DNA from: Podarcis cretensis | Lineage: Eukaryota | DNA length: 64,000 nucleotides | Reading direction: 5' to 3' | NCBI GenBank assembly: GCA_951804945.1 | Contig: OX638153.1 | Span: 35,836,001-35,900,000, forward strand | In this document: positions 50,732 to 63,498 of the stretch, piece by piece | How positions within the stretch are numbered: position 1 is the first letter of the stretch | How the letters are laid out: every line of letters starts with the position of its first letter | The notes under the pieces: generated by a model | Told to the model about the DNA's origin: nothing | The model's database searches: none | Seen by the model: the letters and a program-made list of their open reading frames with translations, nothing else | Translations under genes and position numbers: made by a program

Positions 50732-52229
50732 ACACATGTGAAATAGGGAAGGAATAAACCACTGACAGCCAATGTGACATTTTCCCGGTGCTGTGGGACT
50801 CTTATTCCTATCAGCCCAAGTTAGCATTAGACAACGGTCAGGGATGATGCAGCTTTTGAAGGGCCCCACATACCATACCCCCATAAATAAGTGGTCTCTG
50901 CTCTTATTCATTTTTTTGACAACCCCACAGAAAGCCACAGAATTAGAATAATTCTGCCGTTGTTTTAAAATGCTGTTTTGACAAGTTATCAAGCAAGTTC
51001 TCACAGAAACTGACATTTCTTATAATAAAAAAGAAAGCTCTAAAATCTTTGATTTTTCTTTAATATAAAAAACACAAACAAACTGTATTTGCCCAAGTAT
51101 AATCGCATTCTGTGCAAATTGAATCGCTGATTGTTACCCAGTTCTGAACTTAAAAAAGGATTTGATGCCAAAAGTCCCTACCACAATCAACACTTTTGTT
51201 CATGGTCTCCACAGGGATACAGAGAACAGAATGTGCTGAGAAACTAAACCACATTTGCTTTTAGAAGTGGTAGTTCCTCCCGTTTGTGAATGAAGTGGTA
51301 TTTCTAGGGCAAACTGAGGAAGCATGTGCTAGTTTCCATATGCATCTCTGCCCCGTGGTTCATAGTGTTTTATTTTATTGATGTGTAAGAGAGAGAAAAA
51401 AGGAGAACAGTATGACTATAAAAAGCCCCTTTTTAAAAGAACCATAGGTATTTGTTTCAGGCCTGGTTGTGATGGTCAGTCCATAAGATGACCTAGAATC
51501 AGAGCTTGGTCACTTTGTGAAAGGTCGATATAAAAATGTTGGGTGTAAACATGCAAATAAATCAATAATCTCCCTTTAAAGCCATCTGAACTCACGTGAG
51601 AGACGGGAGGTTGCATGTAATGTATGTGCAATGTGCCTAACCCTTCTCCCTCCCAAAACAGCCCTTCCCCCAACACCATAATCCTGGGCAATTAGGTTTC
51701 TCAAGTCTCATCCTTATTCTCACCATATGAATGCTGTTGCCCAAGGGCAAAATGACCAAACCACATCCTCAGGCTTCCTTTAAAAATATATTTCAGTTAG
51801 CCACTTGATTTTATGGTACAGTAGACATTTTATGGTATGGTGTACACATAGCATATGTTCAGTACTTTTAAGTGGTAAGAGGCAACACTCTGTCTTTTAG
51901 CGTAGATAGAATCCGCTGTGCCACGCATGTTTTGCCCTGAAATATTGCTAAAACAACGGCAATTAGTCTGCCTACTGAAGCGGCGTTTGTGCTCACTATT
52001 TTTTAAATGTTGCATTTGTGTCCTGATCTAACGATCCTTTCCAGGTGCGCAAATTCTGACGCATGCCATTCCTTGCAATGGTTTTGCCATTCGTGTCCTG
52101 TTTAATGGGAAGTTAAGACCTGCTTGTTCAGGAAGATCGCTGGCTTGCCTTTTCTTTTTTTTAGTTTTAATTAATACTGTTTATTTTATTGTGTTTTTTT
52201 AATCTTGTTTTATTATACAGGATCGATTT

Positions 52230-52510
52230 GGCTCAATCAGCAAAATCTCTAAGTGGTTTACATAAAATGCACATTAAAATTACCAATAAAATCAGATGCT
52301 AAAGAAAGTTAGTCTGAACTTTTTCAAAATAAACCCAGCATGTTAAAATACATATCAAATGTGTAAGTCTAGGTAAGCTTGCATAAACAAAAACGTTTTT
52401 AGCAGGCATCAAAAGCAGTACAGTCTCAATGGGCAGGGAGTTCCACAGTGTAGGTGCTGCCATGGTGAAGGACTGATTCCTTGCAAGTGCTGAACGAATA
52501 TTATGTGGCA
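52230..52510 (-). mobile_element. Degraded L2 3' end
   Basis: SFTMAAPTLWNSLPIE matches the L2 ORF2 C-terminal APxLWNSLP motif. Confidence 0.65.
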
Positions 52511-52707
52511 CTTTGTATTTTTATAAGCTATTAGCTTTCACAGTCCACTGTGCTGAGACTGCATGATTAGAATTTTTGAAATAAATAAGAAAGCATTTAT
52601 ATAAGAGGCTAGCCTCCAGTGCAATTTATTTTAATTATGTAGAGAGAATGGCAGGGAAAAAATGCCATTTCTGACCACTCCCCTTTCCTTTCCCCTAAAC
52701 AACAAAG

Positions 52708-53257
52708 CAGAGGTCTCCAACTCAGTGCCCATAGGCACCATTGGGCAAGTTCCCTAGACCCCAAGTGTTCATTTAAAAAATAAATAAAATCTCTAGCTCT
52801 CCTATAAAGGAAGTTGCAGGGCAAATATGTGGGAAACTTTTATGCATTTTCTGTGAAATGAGACTGGTGGTGTGGCTACCTTGTATATTTTTTNNNNNNN
52901 NNNNNNNNNNNNNNNNNNNNNNNNNNNNNNNNNNNNNNNNNNNNNNNNNNNNNNNNNNNNNNNNNNNNNNNNNNNNNNNNNNNNNNNNNNNNNNNNNNNN
53001 NNNNNNNNNNNNNNNNNNNNNNNNNNNNNNNNNNNNNNNNNNNNNNNNNNNNNNNNNNNNNNAGGACATAGCTAACTTCCCATGGAAAGCATAAGGATGT
53101 CAGGGGTGCCCTTCTCTCTAATTTTGAATTTTGCCATGCTCCCTGTGGCAGCCATTTTGTGATATTCCATGCCTCCTCCATGGTAGCCATTTTGTGACTG
53201 GGACTTCCAGCCCTCTTTCAGAATTTGAAATGCTCCCCAAAGGGCTGGCAACCCCTG
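52708..53257. mobile_element. Probable hAT (Charlie-like) non-autonomous element spanning an assembly gap
   Basis: CAGAGGTCTCCAA...CTGGCAACCCCTG termini; degenerate TSD. Confidence 0.5.
52894..53062. other. Assembly gap (169 N)
   Basis: Run of N. Confidence 1.
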
Positions 53258-54394
53258 AATTAAAGTCTGAATGGCAATTTGTAAGGGAAAATGACACACA
53301 CAAATAGAGATCTAATGACAAGCAGAGTGAGAAGAAAAAAACCTGGAAAGTAGGTAATCCGTTATTTGAGCGGACTGGGTGCCTCTAAAATATCTATCGA
53401 GAAAAATCATTTTGGATTTAATAAGATGTATCTAGCTATGAATAATGAATAAAAATAAATTCCTTCGAATCTAAAAATAAACTTGGAATTTCCTCTGAAA
53501 TGTCAGTACTGACGTTAACGTACTACTTTGCAAACGGATGGGTTGTTCTTGGTTTTTCTATTAAAAATTCACATGGCTTGTTGAGTTTCTTCTATTCCTC
53601 CTGGAATCACCTTAATGTATAGAGCACATATCAGAGGGAGTCCTGCAAAGAGAATGCTGGATAACCTATTCCGTCTTTCGTTATCTTCGTGAATAATTTC
53701 TTAGTGGCCTTGAAAGGAGCTACGAAAGGGGCTATAAAGCAAACCGATAAAGCAAAGAGGAGTCAAATGTATTGGTGGAGTGACCTGCTGATGGAGGCAA
53801 AGTAAATAAAGGCCTTTTTGCAACAGGAGGAGGAGAAGAAACTGTATATGCGGAGGCTAGAGCAAGCTTAAAAAAGCTGAAAACGTTTTCCTGCAAATTT
53901 CTTAACTGCAAAGCAAGCCACAAGAGAGGCAGTATGCAGCATGTCTAGTGGTTAAGGATGATGATCACTGTAGTTCAATAACTTCTGGAGGGCCACAGGT
54001 TCCCCATCCCTGATCTACTGAGTCTCACCAGGCGAGAATGAGCCTTGCAAGGAACACTGTTTTCTGCTCTGTCTGATGCATATTGGCATGACACAACTGG
54101 CACCATGCCAAGAAGCCTACACGAAGCTTGTAGGCAGGACAAAGAAGAATGACACCTTCTGTCTGCACCCTATGGCTTGCTTCTTCTTTCGGCAAAGCCC
54201 ACTCTTTGTGGGTTTCGTGCACCAGAGTTGGCCAAACATGTTATGCACTGCACACTGAGAACAATGTGTATGAGTTCAGTTTTAAGCACTTATTTATACC
54301 CTCGTACTTATCTTCCTTCCAATGGGAGCACAGGGCAGCTAACATGCCTGTGCATGTGAAGCATCTATAATATCTATGCAATGACTGTGAGCAT

Positions 54395-54530
54395 NNNNNN
54401 NNNNNNNNNNNNNNNNNNNNNNNNNNNNNNNNNNNNNNNNNNNNNNNNNNNNNNNNNNNNNNNNNNNNNNNNNNNNNNNNNNNNNNNNNNNNNNNNNNNN
54501 NNNNNNNNNNNNNNNNNNNNNNNNNNNNNN
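54395..54530. other. Assembly gap (136 N)
   Basis: Run of N; the right flank is TCTA-repeat-like. Confidence 1.
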
Positions 54531-57500
54531 TCTATGTATCATCTATCTATTCCTGGCTAGATAGTCTTCATCATAAGCATCCTGGCTTGCAGGAATGCTC
54601 ATTAAACATGGCAAAAGACGTATGTCCTTAAGGACAAAAATCCCCTCACTCTTACTGTTCTCATTCAGCTATTTCATTGCTATTTTTTAAAATTAAAGAA
54701 AACCCAGAGAATATGGAACCATCTCATAAAACCCCTGAGATTAAATAGAGCCCTTGCCATCACAACTATTTCTATTTTGCTGCTAATAAGCACATTGTCC
54801 TACTACTACTTTTCTTGGAACGGAGTTGCAATTTGCAAAATTCAACCGAGTTAACAAGGGGCAACAGAGTACAAAAGAGAAGGAGGACCATATGTCATAA
54901 TGAGGTCTTGTGGGAAGAAATTCATCTGCAACTGCTTTTTTTTTAAATAAAGCTTATAACAGTTATATAGTTCACTCCCTCTGAGAAAGCTGGTTATCTT
55001 AGACAAATTACTGCCAACAAATATTTCTCCCCCACCCCCACCTCACTCCCAACTCTCAATTTATAAATCTGTGTCATGAAGGATGAGCATGCTTTGATAC
55101 ACTGTGGCTTTCTCTTAATCCATCAGGAGCAGCTGGTTAAATCAGGCTTACATGTATACAGGCACAATGGCATGATAGTTCAATCAATGGAGGCTGACAT
55201 TTTATTCCCCCTTCCCTTCTTGTTTTGTTTATTATTAATTAAACACAATAGAAACAATAATGGAGTTGGCACTTCATTGGGCAATACAAGTTTCCTAACA
55301 GGCACCTGCCCATCCCATTACCGTAGCTATTAGCCCCAAATATTTCTCCCCAATGTTCCAGAAGTGGCTAGCAGCTTCTGTTGTGCATTTTCTCAGTTTG
55401 CAGAAGAGAAATATCCATTTGCAGGTGTGGTCTGAATCCAAAGTGCACCTGCAAGAACGCTGTCAGGTGGGTGGGGCTGTCCACCTGCCAACGTTGGCCA
55501 CAGGAGGTGGGCCCTTGCAGGATTATGGTTGATCTGGGCAAGCACAGCTGCCACAATCGCAGGACCACAAGTTGGTTGATGGCAAGATGGCAATGGATGA
55601 GAAAAAGAAGAAGAGAAGATGAGGGAAAGAAGCCAAGCCAGATTCCCTGACAAACCATGCAGAGAATTCAGGTGAAAAGTTACGTCTTTCCCCTCTGCTA
55701 AAAAAAAAAGAAATGCCCTTAAATATCAATTCTTAACCAATACTTTAATATAACTAATATATTTTCATGTTTCAGATGTTTTAAATGTGAGAATCCTCAC
55801 AGCACACATGATTTTGTACTAAATGCAGAATATAATAGATGGAAGGTTAAAATTCCTCTCCCACATCACAAACATAAACCGTAAGCCAACTGGGAGAGCA
55901 GAGCAAGATTTGGGGAACAGTCCAAGGGATGCTGATTGAAGTGAAAACTGGGAAGATGCCCTGGGAATTTTATGGAAAGGTACGATATGAATCTCTAAAA
56001 TAAATAAAACAAAGACAGTATGACTGTTGTTGACAATGAGGACAGATAAAAGTAGTTATTAATAACTGTATTTTTCTGGTTATAAATTGAGGTGTGGGGG
56101 TGTTATTGGCTTGTTTTAGTTTGTCCTTGTTTTTATAATATATTTAGTGCTTTTATCTTGCATTTTTATGCTGTGAACCACCCTGAGATCTACAGATGAA
56201 GGGTGGGATACAAATTTATAAATACTACTACTAATTTTTTTAAAAAAGTATGTCTTCTATATGGTTCTTACACTGTTGGAAGTCAGGGCTTGCCTAATAA
56301 TAATAATAATAATAATAATATCCTGCACAACCAAACTAAATCTGTGCAATTTTTATTTAGTGATCTGAGCAGAGAAATGAAGGCTGGGCATCTATATCTA
56401 GATCTATACATAGACATAGATGGCCATGTATATATAACCATCTTTGAATGAAGACCAACTTAGAAAGCCATCTAGGAAACAGCAGGCTGCAACTGAAAGC
56501 ACATCACTCTAATACTTCTCATGCTTCATTGCCCTGTGTTCAATATTGGATTTAGGCCAAGGTCCAGATCTTGACCTTCTATGCCCTTGGTGGGCTGCAC
56601 CTCCCATGGCCTCCTGATATGACCTACATGACAGCTGCATTCATTAGGGATGCTGCAGTTACAGGGACAAGGGTGAAACGAGTAGGAGCAGAGGGCAGCC
56701 TTTCCTGGCAGATGGCCCACAGCAGTGCCCTTAAAGAGCAGAGGCTCGAATGTCTGCAGATTCTACCCAATTGGTGCAAATTGCCACTGCACTTGCACCT
56801 TTGCAACAGCACCTCTGCAGAAAGAGCTTGGAACAGTTTCCCCTGAAAGAATACAGTCTTAAGACACAACATGCGGACTGTGTGCGTTCCTGCCTTGGAA
56901 AAAGGCAAGACTCACTTCATTTCGAGAAGACACCTTTGGAAATATACAATCTAAAGGGACTTCTAAGGAAATAGGACTTCACTTTCAGGGGCCCATGCCA
57001 CAGATAGATGATGACAACCATTTGCACATCATTAGAACCTGTGGCAAAATGCAGAATTCTGGAGACTTTAGAGCCAAAGTACACATTAAATGTGTGGTTT
57101 GTTAACTGCGTCTTGGAAACTGCAATGTAGGAGCAGCTGAAGTTCGGGGGAAGCACATCCTAACTGCGACAGGAGAAACGAGGTGGAAGGTGGGTGGGTG
57201 TTAAAACCTTTCTTTCCATGCCACAGTCCTGATGAAAATCTCTCCTCCTCCAAAGAAGACATTTGCCTTAGAAGGGGGGAAAATAAAAGTGGCACCCAAT
57301 GCCTTTTCCACAGCCATTTTCAACAACGTATCCCGAAACACTGATAAAAGCAGCACTTTGGGGGGGGGGAAAGGTCTTCTTGAATAATATATGGAATTAA
57401 GGAAATGTCATGGTCCTTCCATGCTAACACCCCCCCCCCCCAGCACTGCCACAGGACTGGGCTCAGCAGCCATGCCTACACATTTCATTTCTGGAGCCAA

Positions 57501-57916
57501 GCATACTCAGCGGGGAAGAGTGATGAAGGGTAGTAAAATTCTGGATGGACGGTAAAATAAATTGTGCAAAAATCAAAGCTTTAAACAGCAGAACCAGGGC
57601 ATTTCTTGGAATAGCCAGGTTTTGATGTTTTCCTTTGTTCTTCCTCTTTCTCTTTTTAACCCATCTCTGACACTGCTTTCATAAAATGCTATAGTATAAA
57701 CCATGTGTCGGGTGATGATGATGATGATTTTTAAAAATCCTTCTTAATTTCATTGTGCATTTTATTACAGGCCAAATGTGACATTACTTTTTTTTTTGTT
57801 GTTAATCCCCTACGGCATGGAGTTAAATACTTGCTCTGTTCAGAATAGCAACACTCAATTAAGTCGCTTCTCCCCCCGCCCTTCATGATCTACACCCTCC
57901 TTTGTTACTGTGCTTA

Positions 57917-58144
<228 letters not shown>

Positions 58145-58634
58145 TTAGACAATTACTTTTCTCTCAGAGCATTAAACCTGCAAATAATGCTATAGTTAAG
58201 CCGCTTAGACTTTTCCTAAAACAGCACTCATATGTGCCTAGAAATAAAAGGAAGGGGGGTTGCGGGCGGCAGAAGTCATGCGCCGTTGCATAGTTTCAAA
58301 TGACAGAACACGAATGTAGTCCTGGGTCTTTGTTACTGTCACACAGAGGGTCATCAGACAGTTTTAAGGATACTTAAGAAGCCACGTTTTATGAAACATG
58401 GGATATATCCTTGTGCATAAAATGGAAAAGGTAGATGCGAGCGGAGGTGAAACAGAGCAAAGGGTGGGGAGGCGATATAAGCCACTTGCACACACAAAAA
58501 AAAGGGGGGTGGAGAGCTTTGCCACAACAGAATCTTGAGAACACATTACGGCTAAGAGGAAAGTCCTGCAAGATAAAATCGTATCACCCACAAAATATAT
58601 GTAATCGGATTACTAGCTAATGGCTATAACGAGG

Positions 58635-58683
58635 AGAAGAGGAAGAAGAAGAAGAAGAAGAAGAAGAAGAAGAAGAAGAAGAA
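58635..58683 (+). repeat. (GAA)n microsatellite
   Basis: Directly visible. Confidence 0.95.
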
Positions 58684-58894
58684 TTACATCTCACAAAGGG
58701 TATCGTATCACATATTAATACATTTAATTTGAGACATTTCATAACTTACAGTAAATTCTAAAAGCCCACTCAAGAACAGAGACGTGGTACTCCATTCAGA
58801 AACCCGTTCCAAAAATGTTATTAGGCAAATAGGAATCCATTTCCTCCCAAGGAATAAAACTCAAAGGAAGTCCCTGAGTGTACTTTCAAATTTT

Positions 58895-59105
58895 TGTTAT
58901 TATTGCTATTACATTTCTACCCCACCTTCCCTTCAAGGACCTCAAGGTGGCATATGTGGTTCTCTATTATATCCTCACAACAATCCTGTGGGGTAGGTTA
59001 GGATGCGCGATAGTGGCTGGCCCAAGGTTGCCCAACGGCTGAGTGGGCTTTCGAACCAGGGTTTCCCCAGTCCTACTCTGACACTGACCACTACAACACC
59101 GTGTG
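58895..59105 (-). mobile_element. MIR/Ther1-like (Squam3-type) SINE
   Basis: atcctcacaacaatcctgtggggtagg..ggcccaaggttgccc..ttcgaacc. Confidence 0.7.
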
Positions 59106-59173
59106 TTAACCGTGAGGAGCCTACATTATTATTCATGCTCTAAGAACTAATTTCAGATTTGCTGGTAGAAGTA

Positions 59174-59283
59174 CAGTGGTACCTCAGGTTACAGACGCTT
59201 CAGGTTACAGACTCCAGAAACAGTACTATTGCTGGGTTAGCGGAGTCTGTAACCTGAAGCGTCTGTAACCCGAGGTACCACTG
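59174..59283. mobile_element. Tc1/mariner MITE, 110-bp deletion derivative that is mostly TIR
   Basis: About 42-bp near-perfect inverted repeats CAGTGGTACCTCAGGTTACAGACGCTTCAGGTTACAGACTCC; TA TSD; related to 22064-22305. Confidence 0.9.
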
Positions 59284-59927
59284 TATCCCCCTACTGTGGT
59301 GGGCCGCTGTGGTGGTCTGGGCTGGTGACCTTGTCCTCTTATTATAATGCAGACATGAATTCAAGAATGTGAGTCTTATTTTAGTCTCTTTCTCTTTAAA
59401 AGTAGTCAAGGAGAATACTTCCAAGCTTCCATAATAAATAACAATACATACGTAATATTGTACTCAGTAGAATTACCCGCAAGATTTCCTTTGCGTGCAA
59501 AAAATTACCAGAAAGTCATGCAACCACACGTGTGCATCTGCATGTTTGGAATTTAGAACAAGGACTCCAGAAAATATCAATCTTAAATACCAAATAATCT
59601 TTTCATTACTAATCAGCAACATTCTTGACAATGCAGACTCAGTTCTTGGTGACCTCTAGATCTGGGAGTTCATGAGTACAAAAATATATATGTCTATGCT
59701 GCTGTGAGTATAGATAAGATTGTGAGTCGTGGACAAGAACCAGTGCATTCATGATTAGAGATTAAAAGTGCTGTTTCATTTCAACATGGCTCCAGAGTAA
59801 TTTCCCTGGACTAAACACACATGGAGACATTCATTCATTTATTTATTCCACTTTCACGCCTGCTAAGGACCCTCAAAGCAGTTGGTACCATAGAACTAAC
59901 CCCCCCCCCGAAACATGCTTATATATA

Positions 59928-60458
59928 CCGTATTTTTCGCCCTATAAGACGCACTTTCCCCCCTCCAAAAATGAAGGGGAAATGTGTGTGCGTCTTATGG
60001 GGTGAATGCAGGCTCCTTGGCTTCAGCGATAGCAACACAAAGCCTCCGAAGCCTGCGCTCCAGAGGCTTCGCGTTGCTTCCGCTGAAGCCAGGAGAGTCT
60101 GCTCTTTGAGGCTGGTGGTGGGGGAAAGCAGCGCTTCCCCCATCGCCAGCCCCAGAGGATGAAGGGCAGCAGGAAGGTGCGTGATGCCTTCCCGCTATTC
60201 TCCAACCCGGCTTTGAGACTGGCGGTGGGGGAAAGCAGGCTTTTCCCCAAGGAAAGAGAAGGGACGGACTGTCTGAGTCCGTCCCTTCTCCCTCCTGTGG
60301 GCTTTTGTGGGAGATGGGGGAATTCCCCCACCTCCCGCAAAAGCAGGCAAAAGCCGTACGCTCTTTAAAGGGGCTGTGCGGCTTCTGCTGGCTTTTTTTA
60401 AAGAGCGCGCCGCTCTTGGGGGCTTTTCCCCAAGGAGGGAGAAGGGACTGACTGGCCA
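59928..60458. mobile_element. Tc2-like element of the same family, right TIR missing
   Basis: CCGTATTTTTCGCCCTATAAGACGCAC left TIR and about 80 bp shared with 41262; GC-rich interior ends abruptly at a 19-bp duplication. Confidence 0.8.
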
Positions 60459-60480
60459 TTTAGGCTCAGTGGTGGGGCTT

Positions 60481-60635
60481 TAGGCTCAGTGGTGGGGTAC
60501 CTGCTTTGCATGCAGAAGGTCACAGGTTCAATCTCTAGCTAGGGTTGGGAGGTACCCTGTTTGGAAACCACAGAGAGGCACCGCTAATCAGTGTAGACAG
60601 TCCTGAGTCTGATGCAGCAATGATCTGATGGGTAC
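60481..60635 (+). mobile_element. Second-family tRNA-derived SINE lacking its tail (a tail occurs at about 62188-62215)
   Basis: gctcagtggt..ctgctttgcatgcagaaggtcacaggttcaatc..cagtgtagacag..tgatctga. Confidence 0.75.
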
Positions 60636-60659
60636 TAAATTGAAAACAACAGCAACAAC

Positions 60660-60750
60660 AGCTGAAGCCTGTAGATCTAATTCTGCCCTCTATGGCAGCA
60701 GAGAACATGTTCTTTCCCTCTTCTCTGGTAACCCTTCAGTGCTTTTGAAT
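60660..60750 (-). mobile_element. Small old CR1 fragment
   Basis: ttctgccctctatggcagcagagaacatgttctttccctcttc aligns by eye with the CR1 at about 34010-34060. Confidence 0.55.
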
Positions 60751-60806
60751 CTTCAAAGCCTTTCAAATGTGCTATTTCATTATTTCAAGAAACAACCCTT
60801 ACTGAA

Positions 60807-60807
<1 letters not shown>

Positions 60808-60848
<41 letters not shown>

Positions 60849-62165
60849 TTATTATTTGTACCCCGCCCATCTGGCTGGGTTTCCCCAGCCACTCTGGGCG
60901 GCTTCCAACAGAGATGTAAAATACACTAAAATGTCACATATTAAAAACTTCCCTGAACAGGGCTGCCTTCAGATGTTTTCTGAATGTCAGGTAGTTGTCC
61001 ATCGCCTTGACATCCGATGGGAGGGCATTCCACAGGGCGGGCGCCACCACCGAGAAGGCCCTCTGCCTGGTTCCCTGCAACTTGGCCTCTCGCAGTGAGG
61101 GAACCGCCAGAAGGCCCTCGGAGCTGGACCTCAGTGTCCGGGCAGAACGATGGGGGAGGAGACGCTCCTTCAGATATACTGGACCGAGGCCATTTAGGGC
61201 TTTAAAGGTCAGCACCAACACTTTGAATTGTGCTCGGAAACGTACTGGGAGCCAATGTAGGTCTTTCAAGACCGGTGTTATATGGTCTCGGCGGCCGCTC
61301 CCAGTCACCAGTCTAGCTGCCGCATTCTGGATTAGTTGTAGTTTCCGGGTCACCTTCAAAGGTAGCCCCACGTAGAGCGCATTGCAGTAGTCCAAGCGGG
61401 AGATAACCAGAGCATGTACCACTCTGGCGAGACAGTCTGCAGGCAGATAGGGTCTCAGCCTACGTACCAGATGGAGCTGGTAAACAGCTGCCCTGGATAC
61501 AGATTTGACCTGTGCCTCCATGGACAGCTGTGAGTCCAAAATGACTCCCAGGCTGCGCACCTGGTCCTTCAGGGGCACAGTTACCCCATTCAGGACCAGG
61601 GAATCCTCCACACCTGCCCGCCTCCTGTCCCCCAAAAACAGTACTTCTGTCTTGTCAGGATTCAACCTCAATCTGTTAGCCGCCATCCATCCTCCAACCG
61701 CTTCCAGACACTCACACAGGACCTTTACCGCCTTCACTGGTTCTGATTTAAAAGAGAGGTAGAGCTGGGTATCATCTGCATACTGATGAACACCCAGCCC
61801 AAACCTCCTGATGATCCCTCCCAGCGGCTGCATGTAGATGTTGAAAAGCATGGGGGAGAGGACAGAACCCTGAGGCACCCCACAAGTGAGAGCCCAGGGG
61901 TCTGAACACTCATCCCCCACCACCACTTTCTGAACACGGCCCAGGAGGAAGGAGCGGAACCACTGTATGACAGTGCCCCCAGCTCCCAGCCCCTCAAGAC
62001 GGTCCAGAAGGATGTTATGGTCGATGGTATCAAACGCCGCTGAGAGATCCAGCAGAACTAGGAAACAGCTCTCACCTTTGTCCCTAGCCCGCCGGAGATC
62101 ATCAACCAGTGCGACCAAGGCAGTTTCAGTCCCATGATGAGGCCTGAATCCCGACTGGAAGGGAT
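60808..62165 (-). mobile_element. Young, 5'-truncated L2-clade LINE (RT domain to 3' end)
   Basis: Uninterrupted ORF with PFQSGFR..HGTETAL, LLDLSAAFDTIDH, GVPQGSVLSP, YADDTQLY and LHWLPVRFR motifs. 3' UTR has a TGGCTGGG-GAAA-CCCAGCCA stem-loop, AATAAA and a (TTA)n tail. Confidence 0.95.
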
Positions 62166-62172
62166 AAGGCAT
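60934..62172 (-). CDS. L2 ORF2 fragment: reverse transcriptase plus C-terminal domain (412 aa from a junction-derived ATG), no endonuclease
   Basis: ORF track 60934..62199. The RT YADD motif is intact and there are no stops. The N-terminal residues come from junction repeats. Confidence 0.8.
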   Translation of the reverse strand: MPYPFQSGFRPHHGTETALVALVDDLRRARDKGESCFLVLLDLSAAFDTIDHNILLDRLEGLGAGGTVIQWFRSFLLGRVQKVVVGDECSDPWALTCGVPQGSVLSPMLFNIYMQPLGGIIRRFGLGVHQYADDTQLYLSFKSEPVKAVKVLCECLEAVGGWMAANRLRLNPDKTEVLFLGDRRRAGVEDSLVLNGVTVPLKDQVRSLGVILDSQLSMEAQVKSVSRAAVYQLHLVRRLRPYLPADCLARVVHALVISRLDYCNALYVGLPLKVTRKLQLIQNAAARLVTGSGRRDHITPVLKDLHWLPVRFRAQFKVLVLTFKALNGLGPVYLKERLLPHRSARTLRSSSEGLLAVPSLREAKLQGTRQRAFSVVAPALWNALPSDVKAMDNYLTFRKHLKAALFREVFNM

Positions 62173-62470
62173 AAGGGATAAGGGATAAGTATAAGGCAAC
62201 TTCCCATGTTCTTAATGGTGGCAGCCAAAGTTTTATAAGTCCATTATTCTCTTAAGGTCCTCTGAAATATGGCCAGTATTCTGAAGAGTGCTATTCATTG
62301 GGCAGTCAATATTTTCACATGTCTTCTGTGAAAAGGAAAATTAGAGTGCTCTGGCCTGAAAAAGAATGCCATGGTATGTGATATTATATTTAAAAAAGTC
62401 ATTAGGAAAAATGAAGGAGCATCAGGGGGGAAAGGATCCACCAGAACGTTGTGAAAGACAAAGACAAATA

Positions 62471-62719
62471 CAGTGGTGCCTCAGAAGTCAAATGGAATCC
62501 ATTCCAGAAGTCCGTTCGACTTCCAAAATGTTTGGAAACCAAGGCGCAGCTTCTGATTGGCTGCAGGAAGCTCTTGCAGCCAACTGGAAGCAGTGGAAGC
62601 CCCGTCGGACGTTTGGCTTCTAAAGAACGATCGCAAACAGAACACTCACTTGCGGGCTTGCAGCGTTCGGGAGCCAAAATGGACAAGTACCAAGGCGTTT
62701 GACAACCAAGGTACGACTG
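62471..62719. mobile_element. Tc1/mariner MITE (same family)
   Basis: CAGTGGTGCCTC...CAAGGTACGACTG; TA TSD. Confidence 0.85.
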
Positions 62720-63498
62720 TATGTTCTAAATGAAGGTGATGCTTCCTTGAAACTGCAGAAATCACCAGTGCCATCTGCAGGTAGTCACAGCTGTCACTGC
62801 TTCGCGTCACCCAGCAGTGGTTGTGAAGCAAACTCCAGAGCCGCAAGCCCCACAGGGCAATAGGAAGGGCTGCTAATCCATAGCTGTCATGCACTTCAAC
62901 TGTATTCACAGCCTCCGCCCTGACTACTTGACTCACCCTTTCATCGGTGCCTCGTTCACCCCACGGGCATTGAAGTTTAATGACTCTTTAAAACACTTTA
63001 TATACACCAATGAAGTGGGAGGCGACACAACCCAGTCTGCCCTTCCCACCCCCATTTCATTCAGCTGAATGCAAGAAATCTGTAGCTAAAGCATCCCCAA
63101 CAGTTATTAATTTTATTATAGAGGTGAGGAAACCTCCCCCCCCCACCCCAAGTCTGAGGGAAGTATTCCCTCATGAGAAACCTACATGGCAATGATGGGC
63201 AGGGCCCGTTGTGAAAGCTGGTGAAGCAACGGCTGTGATTCGTATATTTGCACAGCAGGATGCATTCAAGCTATGCAAACGTCACAAGGTTTCCATACAG
63301 ACATCTGTCTATCCTCCATCCATTATTGCAGTTCAATAACACATTTTAGCCAGGCAAAAGCAATAAGAGAGGGTGTAGGTATGTGGCTTTGTGTGTGTCT
63401 TTTATTGGGGGGGGGGGGCAGATTGGAGAACAGCTAGGCAAGGCCAGGAGGCCTGAGGTCCTGGGCCCTATGTTTTATTATAATGCAGGGGTGGTGAA

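Noticed and set aside
52773-53190. ORFs containing X runs
   Set aside because: Artefacts of translating the N gap (likewise 54339-54542).
53370-53760. AT-rich block with excess CpG (possible viral or organellar insert)
   Set aside because: No sustained ORF or recognisable motif; insufficient support.
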